Assembly: GCA_036785375.1 (NCBI GenBank)
Contig: JAWMAR010000104.1
Coordinates: forward strand, 4,588,001 to 4,652,000
DNA length: 64,000 bases
Origin: Leucoraja ocellata
Taxonomy: Eukaryota
Direction of reading: 5' to 3'
Shown piece by piece: positions 30,918 to 42,463 of this stretch (position 1 is its first letter; each line of letters starts with the position of its first letter). The notes under the pieces are model-generated. The model saw nothing but the letters and a program-made list of their open reading frames with translations. It ran no database searches and was not told the origin of the DNA. The translations under genes and the position numbers were made by a program.

Positions 30918-31808
30918 GGTCAAGGTGGCACAGAGGCAGAGTTGGTGCCTAACCGCGCCAGAGACCCGGGTTCAATCCTGACTACGGGTGCTGTCTGCAT
31001 GGAGTGTGTACATTCTCCCTGTGACCACGTAGGTTTTCTCCGCTGCTCCGGTTTCCTCCCACATCCCAAAGACTTACAGGTTTAAAATCTAAATGGCTTC
31101 TGCATAAATTGAATATTTTCCCCCGTGTGTAGGATAATACCGGTGTACGGGGTGATCGGTGCTCGGGTGAGCTCGCTGGACCGAAGAGCCTGTTTCCACG
31201 CTGTATCTCGAAGCTAAAACTAAAGTCAGAATTGCGACTTTTATGCACATTCGAACCCAGTAGACGACGAAATGTGGAATTGCTTAACCTCTTGTCGACT
31301 CTTTTGTTTCGCGATTTGTCAGTTTGACAGTGTAAATAAGTGAATCTGACAGACTTGTAACTTTACTTAACTCTTTAATAAACACACATGATCCAGCACT
31401 AACTGCACGCAGTCCGTCACTGTGCTGGATAGAGAGAGAGATAGGGAGAGAGAGTGTTATTATACTTGATAACTAAGGCGTGGTTAGTGGTACTGAGGTA
31501 GCTACATTATTAGTTGCATGCATAAACCATCAACAGACAGTTTACTTTAGTTTCGCAACACCGCGTTGACCTGAGATCTCTGCACACTAACTTTATCCTA
31601 CACACACATTGGGGACAATGTACAATTTTACCAAGGCAATTTGCCTACAAACCATTACGTCTTTTGAGTATGTAAGGAAAACGGAGCGCCCGGAGAAAAC
31701 CTGCACAGGTCACGGCAAGTACGTTCAAACTCTGTACAGAGAGCACCCGTAGTCAAGATCGAACTCGGGTCTCTGGCGCTGTAAGGCAGCAACTCTGCCG
31801 GTGTGCCC
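30918..31808. mobile_element. Two V-SINEs (plus ~30918-31225, minus ~31540-31808) in rearranged order
   Basis: Same two SINE copies as in the later units, but in swapped order. Confidence 0.75.
31317..31539 (-). mobile_element. Possible solo LTR
   Basis: Unit-specific insertion with TGTC.GTT...AAC.GACA inverted termini; minus-strand TATAA then ATTAAA. No clean TSD. Confidence 0.35.
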
Positions 31809-31821
31809 TATATACTTGCTA

Positions 31822-31890
31822 TCTATATATTACTAAATCTCTGTTCTTGACCGCTTTTGGCCGTCTGTGCTGCGATTTCCGAGAGAACGC
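31822..31890 (+). mobile_element. Possible Helitron 5' fragment
   Basis: Begins A|TCTATATATTACTAAA, resembling Helitron 5' TC ends. Unit-specific; no 3' CTRR end seen. Confidence 0.3.
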
Positions 31891-32419
31891 TTTTTACTTC
31901 CACATCTCGTCGCCCCTTAAGATTGTTCCTTTCCGCTTCTCCAGCTCCCCCTTCTGCCCATTATCCACTACTACACTACTGTGATCTCAATGATCACCCC
32001 ACACAACAAATAACACTCACCCACGAACCCTGCTCGCCTATATTTCTATATTGTCTTTCTCATTTCACCTTCTTATCGGTTTCGATCATCTCGTTCTTCT
32101 TTTTCATCAATTACCTCCCGCCTTTGTGACCATCTCCATCCGCTGTTTTGCAAACTCCCGATTCAATTAGGAAGAATGGATCGGTGACACCTCTGCGATA
32201 GGGAATATGATTCACATTTTCAAGCTTCCATTATAAATCTTGAAATTTTGGGCGATTGCGTTGTACAGAGCTGCTTGTTGCTAGCAACGATTTGTTTTGC
32301 AAATGTTCTGTATAAAGCTCATTGGCTATCAAGGACTCCATAATCATTTGGAGCTCAGCCTCTGGATACATGTGGCGGCGGTGTCTACATAGTAAACCTC
32401 AATGACTGCGGTTGGTGTG

Positions 32420-33290
32420 ACCTAAATGGGGGGAGAATCCATAAATCGGATATGTACAAAGGGACTTGGGAGTGCTGGTGCAGGATTGCCTAAAACAATC
32501 TGCCAATTGAATTGATAATAAAGAAAGGAATCGCAATGCTGGCCTCCATTTCGAGAGGGCAAGTATACAAAAACAAGAATGTAATGCTGAGGCTCTATCA
32601 GGCGCTGATCAGGCGTATTTGGAACATTGTGCCAATTGTGGGCACCATATCTGAGGAAGAATGTTGCTGGCTCTTGTGAGGGTCCAAAGGAGGGTTTCAA
32701 GAATGATCCCAGGAATGAGAAGGTTAACAGATCTTTAAGAAAGAACTGAAGACGCTGAAAAAAATCGGTAGACACAAATGCTGAACTCAGCGGGTGAGGC
32801 AGCAGCCTTAACATATGATGAGCGTTTTACGGCACTGGGCCTATGTTCGCTGGAGTTTAGAAGAAGGGGGGGGGGGGGGTGAGGGGCTTATTGAACCGTA
32901 CAGAATAATGAAAGGCTTCGATAGAGTAGATGTGGAGAGGATGTTTGCATTAGTGGGAGCGTCTAGGACTAGATGTCATAGCTTCAGAATTAAAAGACCT
33001 ACCTTTAGAACGGAGACGAGGAGGAATTTCTTTAGTCAGAGGATGGTGAATCTGTGGATTTTCTTTGCCACAGAAGGCGGTGGAGTCAACGTCAGTGGAT
33101 ATATTTAAGGCAAAGATAGATAGATTCTTGATTAGTAAGGGTGCCAGATGTTATGAGGAGAAGGCAGGAGAATGGGGTAAGGATGGAGAGATAGATCGGC
33201 CATGATTGAATGGGGGGGGGGGGGGGGGGGGGGGGTAGACTTGATGGATCGAATGGCCGAATTCTACACCTATCACTTATGATCTTATGG
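32420..33290 (+). mobile_element. Degenerate CR1 3' part duplicated with each tandem unit (also ~40755-41590, ~48965-49810, ~55680-56455, ~62250-63105)
   Basis: Paralogous copies translate as AMLAFISRGLVYKNKDVMLRLYQALIRPYLEYCEQFWAPYLRK and FRTETRRNFFSQR. Each copy has the same internal short-repeat insertion. Confidence 0.85.
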
Positions 33291-33656
33291 TCTGCCAACC
33301 AACACTTCGTTTGCTGGTTTGCACTTCCATCGCCACTCACATTCACCTCTTTCTACAAATCCTTTCATTCACATCTTCTTCTAATATTCCCCTAGTCCAG
33401 TTTGGATGAAGGTTCACGACCCGAAATTTTATCTGTCCCTATCCCTGCACATTTGGTGGCTCAGCTGACGCGTTTCCCGCCCGCTCGTTTTCTTTTCTAC
33501 AATATTTTAGAATCCGCAATTTCTTGTGTTTCTGGTTCATTTTATATTTTAATTTGCGTCATCTAAATTTATTATTTAGGTATATGCTCTGTAGTTGTCA
33601 GCACTCCATATGGAATATGCTGATAACGAAGTTTTTGTTTCTTTACTTACTTTAAA

Positions 33657-34093
33657 CATAGAAACATAGAAACATAGAAAACAGGTGCAGGAGTAGGCCA
33701 TTCGGCACTTCGAGCCTGCACCGCCATTCAATATGATCATGGCTGATCATCCAACTCAATATCCTGTACCGGCCTTCTCTCCATACCCCCTGATCCCTTT
33801 AGCCTCAAGGGCCACGTCTAACCCTCTTAAATCTAGCCAATGAACTGGCCTCAACTACCTTATGTAGCAGATAATTCCACAGACTCTCCACCCTCTGTGT
33901 AAAAAATGATTTTCTCATCTCGGTCCTAAAAGACTTCCCTCTTATCCTTAAACTGTTGTTCTGGACTTCCCCAACATCGGGAATAATTTTCCTGCATGTG
34001 GCCTGTCCAACCCCTTAAGAATTGTATACGTTTCAAAAAGATCCCCCCCCCCCCTCCCCCCCTCTCAATATTCTAAATTCCAGCATGTACAAG
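33657..34093 (-). mobile_element. CR1-type LINE 3' end
   Basis: (CATAGAAA)n tail on plus followed by the CR1 3' UTR; same insertion site as 41792. Confidence 0.85.
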
Positions 34094-34402
34094 TACATTT
34101 ACTTGTACAAGCGTGTACAAATAAATGGATACAGCATCCTGAATGTAATTGATCCTGCAGTAATGTATATTTGCACGTCGTTCAATGACTTATTTCACAG
34201 TTGACTGATTCCGCTCTCAGAAGATGGGAATTTATTTGCTAAGAGTTATATATTTTTAACCATTACAACAAATGCATTATTTAAACAAAAGCGCAAAAAT
34301 GCACAAACTGAATATTTTCTTAAATATCTCACTCACAAATGATTCACATGCCCAGAGATTAAAATGATCCCAAATAATATGCAACTTCTTTATGGTTACG
34401 CA

Positions 34403-36784
34403 TCATTGCGCCTGAGACATGGGAGCACCGCACGGCTGCAAAAATAGAAAATCACTTTTCGCTGACTCTGGAGACAGGCAGACCGAATATTGATGCGGTT
34501 CCGGCACGCGGACAACCCGGCCTGTCCCAGGATAGCGTAAAGTTTCCTCCATCGCATGTCTTCCTTTATACGTATCTTGCGAATCTCCACGATTGTAACG
34601 ATACCTGGCAGAGTTATACCCTTGGATAATACTTCTGTCCTGTTTACACTTGATCCCAATCAACAGAACGATGATCAGAAGAAAGACAACGGAAGTGCAA
34701 CTGAAAATTATGATTAAATAAACATTTGGATCTGAGAAATATCCCGGATTCTTCACCAAGGTGCTGCTTTCCGTGATTCCTTCAGTACTGTTCTCCAAAA
34801 CTCTAATGTTCATTGTAACTGTACTGGACAGGCTTGGCTGCCCATTATCCTTCACCAAGATGACGAGAGTGTGTACAGGAGCATCTGTGTGCAAAATACT
34901 GCGAGCTGTTCTGATTTCACCTGAATTTTTCGTAACGGTGAACAAAGTGGGATCGGTAGATTTCATCATCTGATAAAAGATCCGTGCATTCTGACCAGAA
35001 TCTGCATCAGTTGCCATTATCTTGGTGACCAAATACCCTTGACCCGCTGAGCGGGGAAGGCCCTCCTCTGCTGCTGATGCACCTAGTTCTGAAGGTGAAA
35101 CTATTACCGGCGCGTTGTCATTTTGATCCAGGACGATCACATTCACCGTGGCGCTGCTACTCAGCGGAGGCACCCCAGCGTCACGGGCTTGTACATGGAT
35201 CTGGAAGTTTTTGAGTTCCTCATAGTCAAAGGATCGCAACGCATAAATGGTACCGTTCATTGAGTTAATGACCAGGTAAGTGGACACTGGTAGATTTTGG
35301 ATCAAATGGTCCACAAAAGAGTAAGAAACATAGGAATTCTGCTCCAGATCAGGATCTAGAGCAGTTAGTACGAAAATCGATGCGCCGGGTGCATTGTTCT
35401 CCATCACATACACGTTGTAGGATGATTCAGCAAACCGCGGGGCGTTATCGTTTACATCGGTTATTGTAATATGGATGGTTTTATTTGAGGATAATGAAGG
35501 CGACCCCAGGTCCCATGCTGAAATTGGTAATCGATATTCAGAAATCCCTTCACGGTCCAACGTGTCACTGGTAACTAATTTATAATGGTTCGATGATGTC
35601 TGTAGTTTAAATGGGATATTCTTGGGTAACACGCAGCGAACCTGACCGTTCTCCCCAGAATCCCGGTCAATAACATCAATGAAGGTTAGGAATGTTCCTG
35701 GCGGAGCATTTTCCGGAATTTGTTTGGAAGCTGATGTCACCTTAATCTCAGGTGCGTTATCGTTCACGTCAATGACCTTGATCAGCACGTTAGAATGTCC
35801 TGTCATTGCGGGTGAACCGTGGTCCACAGCTTGAACATCGAGCGAATAACTGTTTGTTTCTTCAAAATCCAAGGGCCCTTCAACTCGAACCTCCCCACTA
35901 TCTGGATCTAAACTGAATAAATGACGCGCTCTTCGCAAATCAACATCATCGAAAGAATATGTTATCTCAGAATTTAGCCCTTCGTCCAAATCATTTGCTT
36001 TGACTTTCATCACCAAGGTACCATGTGGTGCGTCCTCACTTACGCTGACCTTGTAAATATCACGATCAAACACCGGCGCGTTGTCATTAATGTCGAACAC
36101 AGTAATGTGAATCTGAGCTGTCCCTGTTCTCTGAGGAGTCCCACCGTCTGCCGCAGTAAGCAAGAGCTGAAAAGAAGATTGCAGCTCTCGGTCCAGTGAC
36201 TTATTCAACAGCAACTCTGGTATAAGAACATCGCTCTCGGTTCTGCGCGTTTTTATACTGAAATACTCGGTGAAACTGATCGTGTAGGCGGCGACGGTAT
36301 TGATTCCAATGTCGGGATCTTCCGCCCGCGCGAGACGGAAACGTATACCGGGTGCACTCGCTTCCGATATCTGTAAGGCGATGCTGCCGTCTCCGAACGT
36401 GGGGGAATTATCATTGACATCAAGAATCTCTAATTCCCCGCGGTACACCTCCGAGGGATTTTCCAGTGTCGTTTCAAAAGGCACGGTACAGATTTCTGCT
36501 TGTCTACAAATACGTTCCCTATCAATTCTTTCACGAATAGATAATATTCCATTGTCCAAACTAACCTTTAAGTAGCGCCCTCCGTCATCGGAGCTCAGTC
36601 GGAATTTGCGAGCTGACAGTTGCAGTTCATTCAGGCCCAGATCTTGAGCAATATTCCCAACAAATGCTCCTTGCTCCATTTCCTCGGGAATAGAGTAACG
36701 AATTTGCCCGGAAATTAGATCCTGTTCACATATCAGAAGCATGAATGCAAACACGTTGAAAGGAAACCTCGGTAAATACGCCAT
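34403..36784 (-). CDS. Clustered protocadherin, 793 aa, intact
   Basis: ATG at 36784 (MAYLPRF); six EC repeats, TM and tail. Confidence 0.97.
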   Translation of the reverse strand: MAYLPRFPFNVFAFMLLICEQDLISGQIRYSIPEEMEQGAFVGNIAQDLGLNELQLSARKFRLSSDDGGRYLKVSLDNGILSIRERIDRERICRQAEICTVPFETTLENPSEVYRGELEILDVNDNSPTFGDGSIALQISEASAPGIRFRLARAEDPDIGINTVAAYTISFTEYFSIKTRRTESDVLIPELLLNKSLDRELQSSFQLLLTAADGGTPQRTGTAQIHITVFDINDNAPVFDRDIYKVSVSEDAPHGTLVMKVKANDLDEGLNSEITYSFDDVDLRRARHLFSLDPDSGEVRVEGPLDFEETNSYSLDVQAVDHGSPAMTGHSNVLIKVIDVNDNAPEIKVTSASKQIPENAPPGTFLTFIDVIDRDSGENGQVRCVLPKNIPFKLQTSSNHYKLVTSDTLDREGISEYRLPISAWDLGSPSLSSNKTIHITITDVNDNAPRFAESSYNVYVMENNAPGASIFVLTALDPDLEQNSYVSYSFVDHLIQNLPVSTYLVINSMNGTIYALRSFDYEELKNFQIHVQARDAGVPPLSSSATVNVIVLDQNDNAPVIVSPSELGASAAEEGLPRSAGQGYLVTKIMATDADSGQNARIFYQMMKSTDPTLFTVTKNSGEIRTARSILHTDAPVHTLVILVKDNGQPSLSSTVTMNIRVLENSTEGITESSTLVKNPGYFSDPNVYLIIIFSCTSVVFLLIIVLLIGIKCKQDRSIIQGYNSARYRYNRGDSQDTYKGRHAMEETLRYPGTGRVVRVPEPHQYSVCLSPESAKSDFLFLQPCGAPMSQAQ

Positions 36785-37025
36785 TTTTCCGCATTCAATT
36801 AATATCGAAAACCAGGCCTTTCCTCGATGAAACGGTAAAACTGTTCTTTCCACGAAATAGAACCATATATATTCTAATTGCCTAGTCGAAACAGACAGGG
36901 GATGTATCCTCCGTAGCTTGATAACACGATAAAACGTAGAGACTGCCCGCCTTTCTCTTCGCGTCTGCCGTTTTTATTCTGGGATGTAGGAGGGGCAATG
37001 GATCCATCTGTGGACTTCAGCTTCT

Positions 37026-37069
37026 CATTGGTAGACAGCGACACAGCCAGTTTTTTTCGGCAACTGCAG
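37026..37069 (-). promoter_or_regulatory. Protocadherin CSE
   Basis: CTGCAGTTG-N10-CTGGCTGTGTCGCTGTCTACCAATG. Confidence 0.85.
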
Positions 37070-37422
37070 CTACAATTCTTAAAGCTGTACAGTAGTCCTA
37101 AATACAGCGCCATGGAATGTATAATTGAACGCTTCAATTTTGTTTTCAGTATAAATCCTCAAAAGTCCTAGTATGTGCGTTTACGGGGCAATTTGACCTG
37201 ATATGTTCCATACCTGATTGTTTCACACAGAGTTTATGAATTTTTATTCTTGATTCGTAAATGACTTCTAGCTTGATAAATCATGTTATAGAGGTAAATC
37301 TTCAGTGGTCCTCCATCACCATTCTTGCTGTTGACCATGGAATTAATGGTTTCTGGAACAGCGTGTAATGGCTTAAAATAAATTAGTTCGAGATACTGAA
37401 AAACGATGTACAGTTACGGGAC

Positions 37423-38465
37423 ATTTCGGGACGTTGTCAGGTTGGAGGCCGGTGACTCGTGGGGTGCCTCAGGGATCTGTGTTGGATCCACTGTTGTTTG
37501 TCATGTACATCAATGATCTGGATGATGGCGTGGTAAATTGGATTAATAAGTACGCAAATGATACTAAGATAGGTGGCGTTGTGGATAATGAAGTAGATTT
37601 TCAGTCTACAGAGAGATTTCGGCCATTTGGAAGAGTGGGCTGAAAGATGGCAGATGGAGTTTAATGCTGATAAGTGCTACATCTTGGCAGGACAAATCAA
37701 AAAAGGACGTACATGGGAAATGGTAGCGAATTTAGGTATGCAGTTGAACAGAGGGATCTAGGAATAACTGTGCATAATTCCCTGAAGGTGAAATCTCATG
37801 TAGATAGGGTGGTAAAGAAAGCTTTTGGTGTACTGGCCTTTATAAATAAGAGCATTGAATATAAAAGTCGGGATGTAATGTTAAAATTGTACAAGTCATT
37901 GATGAGGCCAATTCTGGAGTATGGTGCACAAATTTAGTCGCCTAATTATAGGAAGGATGTCAACAAAATAGAGAGAGTAAAGAGCAGATTTACTAGAATG
38001 TTGCCTGGGTTTCAACAACTAAGTTACAGAGAAAGGTTGAACAAGTTAGATCTTTATTCTTTGGAACGCAGAAGGTTAAGGGCGGACTTGATAGAGGTCT
38101 TTAAAATGATGAGAGTGGTAGACAGAGTTGACGTGGATAAGCTTTTCCTATCGAGAGTAGGGAAGATTCAAACAAGAGGACGTGACGAGAAATAAGGGAC
38201 AGATATTTAGGGGTAATATGAGGGGGAACTTCTTTACTCAGAGAGTGGTAGCTGTGTGGAATCAGCTTCCAGTGGAAGTGGTGGATGCAGGTTCGATTTT
38301 ATCATTTAAAAATAAATTGGATAGGTATATGGACGGAAAAGGAATGGAGGGTTAAGGTCTGAGTGCAGATACATGGGACTAGGGGAAAATAAGTGTTCGG
38401 CACCGACTTGAAGGGCCGAGAAGGCCTGTTTTCCATGCTGTAATTGTTATATGGTTATATGGTTC
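37423..38465 (+). mobile_element. 5'-truncated CR1 LINE, same family as 4762-6416
   Basis: GVPQGSVLDPLLF and YANDTK motifs; TATGGTTA tail. Near-perfect TSD TACGGGAC (37415-37422) / TATGGGAC (38466-38473). Empty site GTTACGGGACTGAGG at ~46756 and ~60097. Confidence 0.92.
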
Positions 38466-38693
38466 TATGGGACTGAGGTAAACGTGTTAAGTAATTGCGT
38501 AAAGAAGGGTCCTAGGAAAGACCAAACATTGAAGACGACGAGCGCTTTTGTTCATTCATGGGGAACGCAAGGCGGAGACTACAATGGATTGCTACATTGG
38601 TCTACCTTAGATACTTCAACATTCATTTGGGAACATCGAAATGGTGTATCGCGTAACCTTTTGTCGACTCTTTTGTTTCGCGATTTGAATTCG

Positions 38694-40115
38694 TTTACTT
38701 TAGTTTCGAGATATAACGCGTAAAAGGGCCCTTTGGCCCACCAACACCGCCCTGACCAGCGATCCCTGCACACTAACACTATCCTACACATACATTGAGG
38801 ACAAGGTACAATTTTACCAAGGCAATTTGCCTACAAATCATTAGGTCTTTTGAATATAGAAGGAAACACTGACAATGACAATTAAAATTGAATCTGAATC
38901 TGAATCTGAAACCGGAGCGCTCGGAGAAAACCTGCACAGGTAACGGCAGTACGTACTATCTCTGTACAGAGAGCACCCGTAGTCAAGATCGAACTCGGGT
39001 CTCTGACGCTGTAAGGCAGCAACTCTACAGGTGCGTCACCGTGCCGCCCTGTATACTTGCTATATAGATATAATGGTCCAGGCTAATGTTAACAAATCAA
39101 ATATTTAATTACTAATATCATTTTCTTTTCTCGGCAGCCGTTGATTTCTTGGATGGAATTAAGTTCGAAAAGTGAAGAAACTCCAAAGCCTGAGCACGAG
39201 TGCGCAGATATATTCTTCAAATTACTCTGATTGCAGTGAGCCCAACTTGGAATGGAAGCATGCGTTTATCGTGGTCAAATCGAAGGTTAATATTCTTCCA
39301 AAGACACCTTATAGTGATCAAAGTGATGTTACATTCTGAAATATCTTTTCGGCATGTTATTTAGGGATGGTCAGATCTCCTGAGATTGAAATACCCAACA
39401 ACTTATGCCCTTTGATTATGTGATGTTTCGGGCCGGGATCATTCATCAGACAATACGAGGAAGAGTCCATACCCGAAAGGCACCTATCCAAGTTATCTCA
39501 GGGTGCTGCCTGACCCATTGATATACTTTGGCGTTTAGTGTCTTTCCTTGGTAAACCAGCATCCGCATTGCCTTGTTTGTAACTTATGTCATTATTCCCT
39601 GTATCCTGGAGATGCTTCATGTGTTTTGACATGAATCTGCTCTATTGGTCTTGTTGGTAGAGCCACTGACAATATCCGTCGCTGTCCATCGAACATTCCT
39701 CGTGAAATTGAACGTATGAATGCACTAGGAATTCAAATGATCGCTTCAAAATATCCTAGTGCTGTTTACACCGCCACCATTCAGCAATGTTTAGATTATG
39801 ATTGACTCGGTCAATGTGGCACAGAGGCAGAGGTGGTGCCTAAAGGCGCCAGAGACCCGGGTTCAATCCTGACTACGGGTGTTATCTGCATGGAGTGTGT
39901 ACATTCTCCCTGTGACCGCGTAGGTTTTCTCCGCTGCTCCGGTTTCCTCCCACATCCCAAAGACTTACAGGTTTAAAATCTAAGTGGCTTCTGTAAAAAT
40001 TGAACATTTTCCCCCGTGTGTAGGATAGTGCCGGTGTACGGGGTGATCGATGGTCGGGTGGGCTCGCTGGACCGAAGAGCCTGTTTCCACGCTGTATCTC
40101 AAAGCTAAAACTAAA
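38694..40115. mobile_element. Divergent V-SINE pair (minus ~38694-39049, plus ~39809-40115)
   Basis: Minus copy starts GGGCGGCACGGTGACGCA with B box GAGTTCGATC; plus copy has GGTTCAATCC and the V-domain core. Confidence 0.8.
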
Positions 40116-41791
40116 GTCAGAAATGCGACTTTTGCGCACATTCGAACCCAGTAGACGATGACGTATATCGTGGAATGCCGCGATCTGCACGGGTCCTCTC
40201 ACGCACATATTTTATTACCACACCTCGTCGACTCGTCAGATTATTCCTTTCCGCCTCTTCAGCTCCTCCTTCTGCCCATTATCCGCCACTACATCCTCTG
40301 TGATCTCCATGATCATCCCCCATCACCCCCTACAATTAATAACTCTCACCCACGAACCCTGCTTGCATATACTTCTATATTTTCTTTCTCGGTTTACCTT
40401 CTTATCGGTTTCCATCATTTCATTCTTCTTTTACATCAATTAACTCCCGCCTTTGTGACCATCTCCATCCGCTGTTTTGCAAACTTCCGATTCAATTAGG
40501 AAGAATGGATCGGTGACACCTCTGCGATAGGGAATGTGATTCACATTTTCAAGCTTCCATTATAAATCTTGAAAGTTTGGGCGATTGCGTTATTCAGAGC
40601 AGTTCGTTGATAGCAACGATTTGTCTTGCAAATGTTCAGTATAAAGCTCATTCGCTACCAAGCTTCAGGGCAGGAGTCCATAATCACATGGAGTTCAGCC
40701 TCTGTATACACGTGTCGGCGTTGTCTGCATAGTAAACCCCAATAACTGCGGTTGGTGTGACCTAAATGGGGGGAGAATCCATAAATCGGATGTGTACAAT
40801 GGGACCTGTGAGTTCTGGTGCAGGATTTCCCAAAACTTAATCTGCAAGTCGAATTTATAGTAAATAAAGCAATCGTAATGCTAGCCTTCATTTCGAGAGG
40901 GCTAGTGTACAAAAACAAGGATGTAATGCTGACGCTCTATCAGGCGCTGATCAGACACGATTTGGAATATTGTGAGCAATTTTGGGCACCATATCTGAGG
41001 AAGAATGTTGCTGGCTCTTGTGAGGGCCAAAGGAGATTTACAAGAATGATCCCAGGAATGAGTAGGTTAACAGATGTTCAAGAAAGAACAGCAGACGCTG
41101 GAAAATCGAAGGTAGACAAAAATGCTGGAGAAACTAAGCGGGTGAGGCAGCAGCCTTAACATATGATGAGCATTTTATGGCACTGGGGCTATATTCGCTA
41201 GAGTTTAGAATGAGGGGGGGGGGGGGGCTTATTGAAACATACAGATAAGCGAAAGGCTTGGATAGAGTGGATGTGGAGAGGATGTTTGCACTAGTGGGTG
41301 AGTCTAGGTCATAGCCTCAGAATTAAATGACCTACATTTAGAACGGAGACGAGGGGGATATTATTTAGTCGGAGGATGGTGAATCTGTGGATTTTGTTTG
41401 CCACAGAAGACAAGGTCAGTGGATATATTTAAGGCAAATATAGATAGATTCTTGATTAGCAAGGTTGCTAGAAGTTATGAGGAGAAGCAGGAGAATGGGG
41501 TAGAGATGGAGAGATAGATCATCCATGATTGAATGACAGGGTAGATTTGATGGCCGAATTCTACACCAATCACATATGATCTTATGGTCTGCCAACCAAC
41601 ACTTCGTTTGCTGGTTTCCACTTCCATCGCCACTCTCATTCACCTCTTTCTGCGAATCCTTTAATTCACCTCTTCTTCTAATATTCTCATAGTCCATCTA
41701 AATTTATGATTTAGTTATAGGCTCTGTACTTTTCAGCACTCCATATGGAATATGCTGATGACGAAATTTTTGATTCTTTGTTTACTTTAAA

Positions 41792-42167
41792 CATAGAAAC
41801 ATAGAAAATAGGTGCAGGAGTAGGTCATTCGGCCCTTCGAGCCTGAACCGCCATTTAATATGATCATGGCTGATCACCCAAATCAATATCCCATACCTGC
41901 CTACTCTCTATACCCCCTGATCCCTTTAGCCAAAAGGGCCACATCTAACTCCCTCTTAAATCTAGCCAATGAACTGGCCTCAACTACCTTCCCTGGCAGA
42001 GAATTCCACAGATTCACCACTCCTAAAAGACTTCCCTCGAATCCTTAAACTGTGATCCCTTGTTCTGGACTTCCCCAACATCGGGAATAATCTTCCTGCA
42101 TCTCGCCTGTCCAAATCCTTAAGAATGTTGTAAGTTTCTATAAGATCCCCCTCCATCTTCTAAATTC
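41792..42167 (-). mobile_element. CR1-type LINE 3' end, same insertion as 33657
   Basis: Same left flank TTACTTTAAA|CATAGAAA and same right junction CAAGCGTGTA. Confidence 0.85.
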
Positions 42168-42463
42168 ACAAGCGTGTATAAGTAAATGGATACAGCATCC
42201 TGAATGTAATTGATCCTACAGTAATGTATATTTGCACGTCATTCAATTACATATTTCACAGTTGACAGATTCCGCTTTCAGAAGATGGGAATTTATTTGC
42301 TGAAAGTTATATATTTTTAACCATTACAACAAGAGCATTATTTAAACAAAATCGCAAAAATGCACAAACTGAAAATGTTCTTAAATATCTCACTCACAAA
42401 TGATTCACGTGCCCAGAGATTAAAATGATCCCAAATAATATGCAATTTCTTTATGGTTACGCA

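Noticed and set aside
36874-37137. Repeated ORF across the promoter (MALYLGLLYSFKNCSCSCRKK...), also at 30138 and 52949
   Set aside because: It spans the CSE and is broken or shifted in other units. Conservation reflects the regulatory motif and recent duplication.
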